From Massalongia carnosa (Eukaryota), in the NCBI GenBank assembly GCA_965645245.1, contig OZ287086.1:868001-932000 (forward strand): 64,000 nucleotides of DNA, read 5' to 3'. Below the pieces are notes generated by a model, which saw nothing but the letters and a program-made list of their open reading frames with translations, did not search any database and was not told where the DNA came from. The translations under genes were made by a program, and so were the position numbers. Of this stretch, positions 36,201 to 47,700 are shown one piece after another. Position 1 is the first letter of the stretch; each line of letters begins with the position of its first letter.

Positions 36201-36704
36201 AGAAAAGATAGGCCTAGCCACCTTCCTACATAGACACCGAGTCCCAGACGTCTCGTCCCCGAACTGCTCATGTGGCTGGCACAAACAGACTGCAAAACAT
36301 GTGATCATGTTTTGCAAACTCAACGACAACAGAAAAACTCTGCTAAATACGATAGGCACAAACAACTATCGATTAATTACTGAGTCATCTAAAGCAATGA
36401 AATTAGTCATAAAGTGGCTAATGAAGACAGGTTTGTTGTAACAATTTTCGCTGACAGCACAGCATCTATACTGCTAATAGTAGGCATGTTTTGTTTTATT
36501 TTTCATACTTGTCTTAGGTCAAAGGTTTTTTCATGGAGCATACGGCTGGGACCCGGAGGGTCCTCGGCCGGATATAGGATTGCATGGTTTTTCTTCCTCA
36601 AAAGGTTTTCGATGTACTATAAAACTAGATAGACTCGCCCGCATGGGCCGGCCTTCGGCTGGTACCACATCGGAATAAGAATCATTATCATAATCATTAT
36701 TATC
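33296..36704 (+). mobile_element. Chimeric retroelement B: non-coding passenger (33296-35480) fused to a 5'-truncated Tad1-like LINE (35481-36704)
   Basis: 14-bp TSD ATCACTCTAATATT at 33282-33295 and 36705-36718. The LINE part starts ALTKISTSTWGG (matches 13212-13288) and ends in hairpins plus an (ATC)n-type tail. Confidence 0.87.
33541..33760. repeat. 23-bp minisatellite (~9.5 copies) near the passenger 5' end
   Basis: CTACACCATCGGTCCTCCTCCTT units; ~6 copies in copy A at 26937-27079. Confidence 0.93.
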
Positions 36705-37019
36705 ATCACTCTAATATTATTCAATCGTTATGACATTTACTATGAAAATTTAAACTGAATTCTATTTCTTTAATTTAGTAAAATATTCATAAAAATGTTT
36801 CAAAATTCAAAATAAACTTCATAATAAAGATTTGAATAGTTCGAAAATGATTTTACGTTTTATATAAGTAGACAATTAAACTTTCTATAATTTAATATTG
36901 TTGTTTATCATTTATTAAACAGAGTAAAGTTAATAATATAACATGTACGTATTGATCATCTGAAAATAAATTACTTGTCCTACTTACTTATAACGATTCG
37001 ATTTATTTTACTCGAACAA

Positions 37020-40000
37020 TGTCAGCAAGGATTGACATTGTATCAGGTCACGCACGTCCTGACATAAGCTAATTGGTTGTTATAACCGATCTCCGATGTA
37101 ATGGGCTACGAGACCAGTAAGCTTATCACGAGTAAGCTTATCACGAGCGACACTGATCTCGAAAGGGGAAATACTCAGCGTGAGAGGTGGAAGATAGCTA
37201 CTACGTGCTGGTCTCGGAGAGTATACGTGATCCAAAGAACTAATGGATGTGGAAGTGCTTAGACCAAGAGATCTCGTCCGAGACCCATACGTAGGTTGTT
37301 CATAGAATAAAACTAATTGCTAACGAATACTACAGGATTCGTTCTGGTATTTATCCTACTCACCCTAAGCCTATAGCCTTGGGAGCCTTGGAACCTTAGG
37401 AGCCTTGCAACCCACTTCTGACCTTATCGTCTTACATCTAACCATCCCTCAGGATCCATCTACGAACTCGGCGTTCGCTGGATCATCTAGTCAGCCTCGA
37501 GCAGCCTTCTAGATCTTCCTTGCAAAGTAGAATACTTCTACCTCCTGCTAGATCCCTCACTACATTGCTAGCCCGCCTCTAAATATAAAGTCTAGACGCC
37601 AAGGCTATGTAGCTTCATTTCGCCGTCACCACTACTAACGTAGCGATGGAAGGTTACCTCTGACTGAATCTCTGTCTACACTGCGGACCTGTCTCTAGAC
37701 ACAAGGCCTAGACCACAAGGTCATGTAGGTATCAAGCTGTATGGGCTAATGTGGAATATGGGTGAAAAGGAGTGGTGTGTATTGATCTATGGGAGGTCTA
37801 GGCTAGCTAACTGAGGGATATCTCATAGGGGTTCGTGGGTCATGTGACCCATGGCGGGTCATGTGACCCCTAATCGCCTGACACACCCCCCCAGCTTTGA
37901 CCAAAGCTGCCATGACCGAAAAACCTATATTAGGTGAAAATTTCCATGTTTTACCTTGATTTCTAGTGATTTTGGCCGATTCAATTTGTGGCCGTATTTC
38001 CCTTCTTCTGATTGGCCAATTTCTTCTGATTGTTGACCAGGTCCATGGCATTGACTAGCCCTAATAGCTTGACGAAATGTTGATGCTTTTGAAGAGGTAG
38101 GATCTTGGTTAAACCATCTGCGACCATCTGATTGGTCGGCACATAGTCAACACATAATTCCCCCCTTTGCACAGATTGCCTAAGCCAGCATTAGGCGACG
38201 TCTATATACTTCAATTTAGTGTCAGTTTTTCCCATTTCGGAGGTTAAAATGCGAATTGTCTGTAGGTTATCGTTATAGATAACTATATCTTGATCCGGGT
38301 TAAATTGTAGCTTTTCAAATAGATGTATCCACCATATGAGCTCTTTACCCGCATGAAGCATAGACAGTAACTCGGCCTCAGTGGTTGACGTGGTCACGGT
38401 CAGTTGCTTCCTAGCGGCCCAGTTAATCATCCCACCAAATAGCTTGAATGAATAGCCCTCGGAGCTTTTTCTATCTGGGTTATTTGCATAGGATGCATCA
38501 GCCGTTGCCTCAAAAACCTGCTTATTAGCCGGAACTGGTCCATGATTTGCCATAGTAGTGATTTCACCGCCCCCTTTGGCCGAGTACTGAATTCCCAGAT
38601 ATTTCGTCCCATAAAGATAACGTAGGCAATGGTCTGCAGCCCTCATATGACTAGGTCCCGGGTTGGTCAGATATTCAGCTAATTTTGAAGCTGATTTTGC
38701 TATATCTGGCCGAGTCATAATAGCTGGGTAGCATATTGATCCAACTTTCTTCCTATATAGATGCATTCTGGCCGGATCCACCTCCCCCTCATATGGCGCC
38801 AGTCCTTCATTGAATATGGGCGTTAGAGCTGTTTTAGCCTCCGACTTTTCATCTATGTCATACTCCTTGGCTAATTTCTTCATATATGAGTCCTGAATCA
38901 AGTGGATCGTCTTTTCTTCTATGTTATGAATGACCCGTACGCCTAGAAAATAGGTTAATGGACCCATATCCCGTATTTCGATCATCTTCATGAAACGTTG
39001 CACATATTCCTCGACTTCGGCTTCTTTTTCGGGCCGATACGCCATTACTATATCGTCCACATAGAAGAATAGTATGATTCCCTCCGTATAGAATAGGCAT
39101 GGTTCGCCTGGCACCTGTTTTAAACCTAGTTCTATGCATTTGCCTATTAGCATTCGTAGCCATAGAAGGGGTGATTTTCTTTGACCATATAGCGCTTTTT
39201 TCACATTTAGCAACTTCTTTCTAAGCTTAAAACCATCAGGCAAAAAGCAGTAAATAGGCTCGTCATTGTGAGCGTTTAGAAAGGCGTTAATAGCGTCCAA
39301 CTGCCTCGTTTTCAGCCAGAATGCAGCAACTAATGCCATTAATGCCCTAAACACCTTGAAGGCTAATGTAGCTGCATAAACATCTTGAGCATTATCTTGC
39401 TGTAGGTCACCTCTAAGCACTAGACGTGCTTTAAACTTTGCAAAATAGCCGTCCGAATCAGTCTTATAGGTGAAAACCCATTTGAGGGGCAATATTGGCT
39501 GTATAGCCTCATCTTGATCAACTATTTCCCATGTTTCTTTGTGGAAAAGTGCCTCCCATTCAACGTTAGCTGCTTTCCTGAACTCATCTGCATAGGGATG
39601 CCTTAGCAGAGCTCGCAAATGAGATGGGGGGTCGGGCAAATCATCAGTTCGGAGCTGATTTGTCAATCTCGCCGTCCCCGCCATAAACGCTATATGAAAT
39701 TGAGGGAATTTCGACATTTCTTCTGCTGACCAAGCTCCATTTGCAGCGTATCTAGGGTTTGGTTTCCTAGTACGTTTTCCCTCTATAACGTTTGCCTCAT
39801 TTATCCTATCGCTCCTTTTTCCTGATGCTTGCTCTATTTCCGTCACATTGAGGGGCGTTCGGCCCGTTTGCGGGAGTTGTGGAGGGTCAATTGTTGATGC
39901 CCTCACCTTTTTGGCCCTTCTTTATCTATTGAGACATTGGGGCTGATATCTGGTTCAGGTGTTTCTATTGGCGTTTCCAGTTGTATGGGCGTTGATGAGG

Positions 40001-43000
40001 GAGTTATTTTCTCCTGTATTTCGTCCTGACTAGGTGAGTTATCTTCTATGGTCAATTGCTCTATACGCTTATTGACTGATAAGTCTAGCCATTCTTCTTC
40101 CTCACTATCTATCTCCTGAAATGCGGGGCGTGGTTCAACTACATAAAACTCTATAAAGCTCGCTTTTTCAGTCTCCTTTAGCAATAGCTCCTTATTCGAC
40201 GTATAGGCGCTATAAAGCTCATCTTCGTTGAATATGACGTCTCTATAACCGCTGACATCTCCCTTTTCTAGATTCCATATCCTGAAGATATTGGTTGAAT
40301 CATAGCCAACCAAATAGCCAACAAATGCCCTAGGTTTCAACTTATTGCTTTTGGGAGGAGCATCGGCCCCTTTTAGCAATGGATACGCCTTGCAACCAAA
40401 CACTTTTAGATGAGCCAGCTCGTATCTGACTGAATGACCCGGATTGGTCAGTTTCTGCAATTTAACCAATGGGGAGTCCCATTCCAGAGCTTTATTAGGG
40501 GTTCGATTCATCAGATGGGCTGCAACTAAATAGCACTCCGGATACAGGTCTTCTGGCATTTTTGCATATTCCCTGATGCATCGAGGTTTTTCAGTTAATA
40601 GGGCTCCGAAACGCTCCGAAACGCCATTTTGCTCAGGAGTATTCTTTGCTGACCATGACCATTCTATGCCTTGCTGACTGATCCATGCTTCTAGGGCTTT
40701 TCCTATTGATGTTTCTTGCCCTGTGCGAATCGTGGTTACCATTGAATTAATGGAAATGCCAGCTCTATCGCATTGATTGATTAAGCTTTTGAAGAGGGGC
40801 AATAGGGTCTTTTCCTTATGATCATTCAATGGATAAACCCATACATATGAGGTAAATTCATCCGTAAAATGAGCTATACAGCTCGTTCCATCGAACCCCT
40901 TATCATTGATAGTTAGTCAAAATGAAGCACCTGATATGGCTTGATGGCACGCCCTGACGGAGCTTTATTGATGACTCTATGCATTTTGGAGACTGCACAC
41001 GTTTCGCATTAAATGGTCCTAGGTGCGTTTTCACCCCCTACGCCTTTTGAAACTGTCACCTCATCGATCTTCTTTAGCTGGTCAATCACCTCTGGCCGTC
41101 AATGACCGAGGCGAAGATGCCATTTCCATGGAGTTGCTTTTGACGTATCGCGTGGCTGCACTGAGTTAGCAAACCCTATATCTATGGATTCAGGGTTATA
41201 TTCTATGATTGAGAGCCCATAGTGCTCCTTTATTTCACATATTTGTTGCCCTGTCTCCTTAACTATAAGGGTATCAGTGAACATATCCCAGAAAAAGCCT
41301 CGTTTTTTCAACTTATTTGCCGAAACCAACGTCACTGATGAATCAGGAATATAAGCTGTTCCTTCGAATAATAGCTTCCTTTTCTGGCCATTCAATAGGC
41401 CATTTACCCTCATTGTGCCATGACCATGGATTTTCATCTCCCCGTCGGGGGTGTCCACCCACATGTCTGACGAAGTTGGGGTTATCTCTCCTATAAACCG
41501 TGATTTATCATAGGTCAGAGGGTTATCGCATCCAGAGTCAAAGATGACGCTTTTATGCAAGGGGTTTTTTGCCCTAGATGTAACGTTCGCAAACGAGAAG
41601 GATTGACTAGGCAATTCAATGTGATTGCCCTGATTATGTTGATCATTCTCTGCTTTTTGGGAGCTCTTTTTGACTGACTCCTCAGTTATTCCATCTAGTA
41701 TGTTGGTGTCGGTGACCTTCTTAATGGCCATGAAAAACCGAATGTTTGACTGAATTTTCTGACGTATTTCATTGCGTACGGTTTAATCTTCCTTCCATGC
41801 AGGGGGGCGAGCTGATTTGACGATATATGGGCATAGCCTGAACAGGTGTATTTTCCCACATACGCACTTTCTATCCTTGAATCTGGCCTCTTTTGATTGG
41901 CCATTTTATTGACTTGATTGGCTAGGCCCCGGACCTTTATTTTCGTCTTGCATTTGCCCCTGCAGCGAGGCTGCATTAGCTTGATTTCTAGACGTTGATT
42001 GTGCCTCATTCAGGAATGATTCCACGGCTAAACGATATTCCCTGGTTGTCTCGTAAAATTCAACCGTCGTCTTAGCAGCCCTATGCTGCATTACCCAGTT
42101 TTCACAGAAATTGGGCGCCCATTTCTTCCCTGATTGGAGAAATTCATTGATGAATATGGTCTCGGAGCCAAATAGGCCCGTTACATTGAGCTCTACAATT
42201 TGTCCCTTAATATTCTCCCAATCAGCTACCCATGCCTCTATTTTACCTTTAATGGGCGGGGTTTTTAGGGCTAGAAATTGCTCATGCAATTGCTCTATGA
42301 CTTGGTCATCTGACCGCTTATATCTTGCAGCCAGAATTTTCACTATTTCCCTAACCGATGAAGCCATCTTATTGGGGGGGATGTATGCCCGTGCGGAGCT
42401 CTTTAGTGCATTGTCTACTATTCTGAGTCCTTAGGCGACCTTCTCCACCTGTTTTTCCTTCATCTTATAGGCTGATATCTCCATTTTATAGTCCTCCTTT
42501 TGCTCAGCCGATAATCGCCGTATTTCTCAGCCGATTTCGTGGCTATTACAACTCCACCTTCTATAATGGGGTAACCAATTCCACCTGCTGGCTGTACTTG
42601 AATAGGGACTTGATATTGTGTAACTTCCGGATATTCTCCCTCTTCGGGCTCCGGTTTTGAACCATTGGGGTCCACATATTGCCATACCTTCGCTTTCTTG
42701 GATATTCCTTGTAATTCCCTAATCTATAGATGATAATTCTTGGGAGTTAGGGCGATCATCGTTGCTTTGTTGGTCTCCTCCATTTTGATCGTTTTGTTGG
42801 ATCGTTTTGGGAAGAGGGTTTTATTCAACTAGATCAATGAGTAGAAATTGAAGCTTCTATGCTCTCCGGGCTCATAACTATCAAGCTGTATGGGCTAATG
42901 TGGAATATGGGTGAAAAGGAGTGGTTTGTATTGATCTATGGGAGGTCTAGGCTAGCTAACTGAGGGATATCTCATAGGGGTTCGTGGGTCATGTGACCCA

Positions 43001-43540
43001 TGGCGGGTCATGTGACCCCTAATCGCCTGACAGTAGGTTTATTCAGCCGACATCACTACCAGCGTAGCAATAAAGGTGGAAGCTGAAGTTTACACCGGGG
43101 AGGCCGAGCTCAAGCTGCGTCAAGCTAGCCGTGCCTCCTGCTACAACTCTTGATCAATCAAGAAATCGAGTAGCTCCGAGTAAGCCAGTAGATTCCATAT
43201 AGAGTTCACGGCTTCTCCACAGGAGTTCGCCTTACTCCATGGCAATCTACCACCACGGCCTCGACAGGTGTTTGATCTGTAAGTAGTATAGAACGTAGTA
43301 ACAACTAATTCGGAGTTGTGTGGCAAGGTGGCGTCGTGTCAACCTCGACGGCTATGCGACTAAGTACTACGGCCTGGCTCATGCTAGTTAATCCCGCAAC
43401 CGCCGTAGGCGATCACGTATCCTTCTAGCGCCATCCGTATTACATCCGATCTCAGACTTGGATACGGCTCGTATTCGTATTCTTCATTTAATTGTACCAA
43501 TCATAATCATTGTAATTAAATCAACGGACTCGTGACCCGA
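37020..43540. mobile_element. Possible long solo LTR or LTR-element relic (37020-37729 plus 43038-~43540) hosting a copia
   Basis: Starts TGTCAG at a sharp AT-to-GC transition, is non-coding and TpA-rich. Right end and TSD were not found. Confidence 0.35.
37730..43032 (-). mobile_element. Full-length Ty1/copia retrotransposon with disrupted gag-pol
   Basis: 154-bp LTRs at 37730-37883 and 42879-43032 (1 mismatch seen), TSD GTAGG, PBS GTTATGAGCCC and PPT GGGGGGGTG. Motifs IFDSGC, WHLRLGH, EQNGVSER, FYVDD, ADASYA and TSTTEAEL. Confidence 0.96.
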
Positions 43541-43846
43541 AGAAGTGGGGCTAAAGGCTAAAAATCTGTTTGCCTACTTCTTTCGAGGGGTTACTGATCA
43601 ATTTATTGATTTACCAGTCACTATTCGTATATTCATCACGAATTCATATAGTAGTCACGCTGTTAGACTTGACCCCTTATATATTGTTCATTTTATGAAC
43701 TCGAAAAGATTACAAATATATCCAATAGAATACTTGAAAAGAAATCTACATACAATTTTTCAAAAGATTCATTCAGATTTGATCGAATTTATCAAATCGA
43801 CAAAACTTTTCGAGAAAATCTTCTTTATCATATTTATATGAGACTA

Positions 43847-43994
43847 CGCCGCGCAACGGGTTGGGTTTTCGCCACGAAATTGCTTTTTCGCCGTCGGGGT
43901 TTTCTTTCGAAACTCAACCCGGACACCAAAAATCATAGGGTTTACCACAAACGGGTTTGGTTTTCAATAGAGAAACCCGACCCGTTGTGCGGCT
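43847..43994. mobile_element. MITE, ~150-bp form
   Basis: TIR CGCCGCGCAACGGGTTGGGTTT / AAACCCGACCCGTTGTGCGGCT, flanked by TA. Confidence 0.8.
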
Positions 43995-44796
43995 TATCTG
44001 TGACGTCAGCAGATAAACATATGTTTATATCGATATAAAGAAAAGCGAGTGATTAGATCATTTGTCAACATATTACAGCCTAATTCAAATCAGACAGAAA
44101 AGAGCAAATAAATAAGCTTCTTTTACATCGATTATAATATCGAACTCTGATGTCTGAAATCGAACGACTGATTTCTAAAGAAAGAAATAACGTTTGAATT
44201 CTTCGCATCATATTCACAGAAACAGAACGAAATGTTCGAATAAACGGATAGAATCATAATAATCATGATCAGGTTTATTATTATGAAGGAGGCATTCCGG
44301 ATTATTTAATCTTTTATGTTACTTTATCTCTAAAATTACGTCATTTGATACATATACGCCACGCAACGGATTAGGTTTATCTCGTCGGGTTTGGGTCGGG
44401 TTTTTGGGTTGGGATAGACTCCCTCGAATCCGACCCGACTGGTTAGGGTTTTTTAAGCGGGTTTCCGGGTTAAACCTTTCAACTCGGTCAATTTTTTCTG
44501 TTAATTAATTATAAGAATTCGACGAAAATAAGACATTTAAAGTGATAAAATTTTTGCTTACTAATCATAATTTCTTGATGACTAATTTTCAAATTTGTTT
44601 AAAACTGTAGGTACCAAAAGGGGGATTCCAGAAGAGGATTCTAGGGGGATTCTAGAAGGAAGGGTGGACCCACACTGATCAGTTTTCGAATTCAGATCAG
44701 AAACCACCTTCGGAATCAACTCTAGAAACCTTATCTCACCTATCCCTAAGATCAGAAACTTTTTCATCTAGTCGGCAAATCAGAAAGCATCCAAAA

Positions 44797-47700
44797 ATGT
44801 CGAACCAACCAGACCCATCTCACGAGGAATCCAGTTTTCTTGAAGGAATCAGCACCATGAATCTCGATCCCACCGCGGCCATCGCCGATATAACACTCTT
44901 TCGTAAGTACACCACCAGCGCATTTAACGAGTACATCAAAGCCAACATGGAAGATTTTCGTCTTTGGGAAGCCATATACTACCACTTCCAGAATTGGGAG
45001 GAAAAATATTGGAAGTAACTGGACACCGTTACCTGGGCTCTCATCAAGGATTATTGCCTACCCCGCGGAATTTGGATCGATAACTTTGGGAAGAAGGGAA
45101 GTAGAGCCAAAATCATGATAAAACTCGTCCAAGATGACTACGATTGAGAATGGGACATAGAGAGAATTTTGTACGTGGAGAAGAACTATCATCGTTTGTC
45201 AAGGTATATCCAGAGTCGTAAAAATCATCTGCTAGGTAGAACTAGTGATGCCTCTGCATCTGCACCTCCAAGTCCATCGATAGCATATGCAGGGGCACCG
45301 CTACTCCCACCTACCGAAAATCAACCCCTGGGTCAACCAATAGGGCAGCTTCATTTTTCCCCTGCTGCCCCGATACGGCAAACCCAACCTATGGCTCGAC
45401 CAATCAGACAGCCTCGTTTACCAGCTGCAACGGGAAATCCGATCTATCAAGATCGACCGACACCCTACAACGTCTCTCGGCATCCCGAGCCTTCATACGC
45501 CCCGCAGCGGCAAATGCCGAAACCTTACGAGACTGCCTATTACGAGCCACCGGCACCTACATGGGCCCCAGGACCAACACCTGGACCAAGTCAATATCCC
45601 AATCCGACTCCTGGCCATCAGTCTCACTATTCCAGTCCGACATCAGGAACTCAGTATTCCAAAGAATTGACTCAGTTAGACAAAATCTACAAGTCCGAAG
45701 ACAAATTTAGCGGTACCGGAGACAATTTCTCTTTTAAACTAACCATCTACTATGACAAATGTAGACTGGTCGGATTGCCGCCAGAGGCCTACATTCAGGG
45801 AGCCTCGATCATGCTTTCTGGACAGGCTCAAAATCACTACTATGCAAATCGGGGGGATGCTGCCTCATTTGAAGAATTCTGTCGGAAGATGCAACTCTTT
45901 TTTGAAGGTCCCGAATGGAAACGTTTGAATTTGGCTAAATGGCAAACAGTCAGCCTAAACGATACAATTGCGGCAAACCCCACCTTGAATACTACCGAAT
46001 GCCTCCGGAAGATGTGTACCGAGATCGACACTATTCAACGAGGCATCGATCCCGCATACCATGGACCAGTACACCTCCGAGAAAACATCATTCGGGCCTG
46101 CCGCGGGCATCCCGCGCTCGCCGCCGGACTCACCAATCCTGTCTCAGACACCTCCGGTCTGGTCAATAATCTATACGCATCAATTATCAATTACGAGGCG
46201 GTGCGCAAACCCACTTCAACGAGTGGATACGTGCAATCTTACAACGAGGTAGATGACGAGGCGGAGGCATACTTCACCGACCGACGGTACCGAGGACCCG
46301 GTCGAGGCAGAGATGGGTTCAAACCCTACCTCTCAGGCGGACCTACACCATCCCGACAGTTCGGAGTCCTGTCATCCCGAGGGTTCTCGCGTCGGAAGAA
46401 ATGCTTCGTATGCGGAAAAGAAGGATGTTGGTCTAGTAATCATACTCAGCAAGAACGGGATGATTCCAAAAAGCGATTCGCTAATCGCTTTCCTCAATAC
46501 AAGAATCGTTCGGGATACGATCAGTATCTTCAGCAATATATCGCTCACTGTGAGGGCGATGAAGATGAAAATGATGTAGCCTACTTTTTCGACAATCTAT
46601 CAATTGATGCTATCAATGACCCCATGCCTGCGTCCGAGGCAGCGGAGAATGAGCTATTCCTCACCTCCATTGGTCGAATCAAAATTCCCGAGTCCGAACA
46701 GACGACCAACTTACTAGCCGACAATTCTTTTAAACACCGAATTACATCGACAGATGAAACGATCACTTCCATCGCTCCGATTCCCTACACGTTCAACACG
46801 TCATCCAATTCCTGTAACAGGGGTGGTAATAAGTCACCTAAGCTACTGAGCCAAAAGGCTACTATGGTAGTTCTCCTATGGAGACACTACCGCTTATTAC
46901 ACTACATATAGGTGCCCCGCGCCCGGTACGTCACCGTACCTCCTTAGGCGCTCATGTATTGCGCCCGCTGGCTAGCAGTACTGAGTACCGCTGTAACAAT
47001 TCCCGATACGATGAATCAGAATTCAAGGGACTATTGATAGACTCGGGGGCCGCCACCAGATCCACGGGTGGCATCGGCCAGTTAAAAGCTCTGCAGAAAA
47101 TTGACGACTCGATAAAATTAGACGTCAGCACTGCCGGGTCAGCCAGTTTTACATTTGGAATTGGAAGCACCGCATCCATAGGGACGGTACTATTGGAGAC
47201 ACCCATGGGACCAATTACATTCTACATAGTGAAAGTTAATACACCGTTCCTACTATGTCTGGCAGACATGGACCGGTTGGGAGCATTTTTCAACAATACC
47301 ATTAACCAAGTTGTCCAAATCGGGCCCGGCACCGGTCGTTCTCATCCAGTCATTCGGCGGTACGGTCACGCATTTCTTCTATGGCGTACATCTGCTTACT
47401 CGGTCATCACCGAGTCTCTCAGCCAGAATCCTTGCTTTCTGACCGAAATAGAATTACGTCGCCTGCACCGCCGCTTCGGACATCCATCAGTACGCCGCCT
47501 ACATCAGATTCTAGAACGATCCGGCCATGAGGTGGAAATGCAGGCATTGCAGCATTTGACCAAATATTGCGAGCATTGCCAAAAGTATGGAAAATCGCCT
47601 GGCCGATTCAACTTCAACATTAAAGAAGACGATATCAACTTCAATTTCAACGTCATAGTAGACATTCTTTACATACAAGGCAAACCGGTTCTACATCTGG

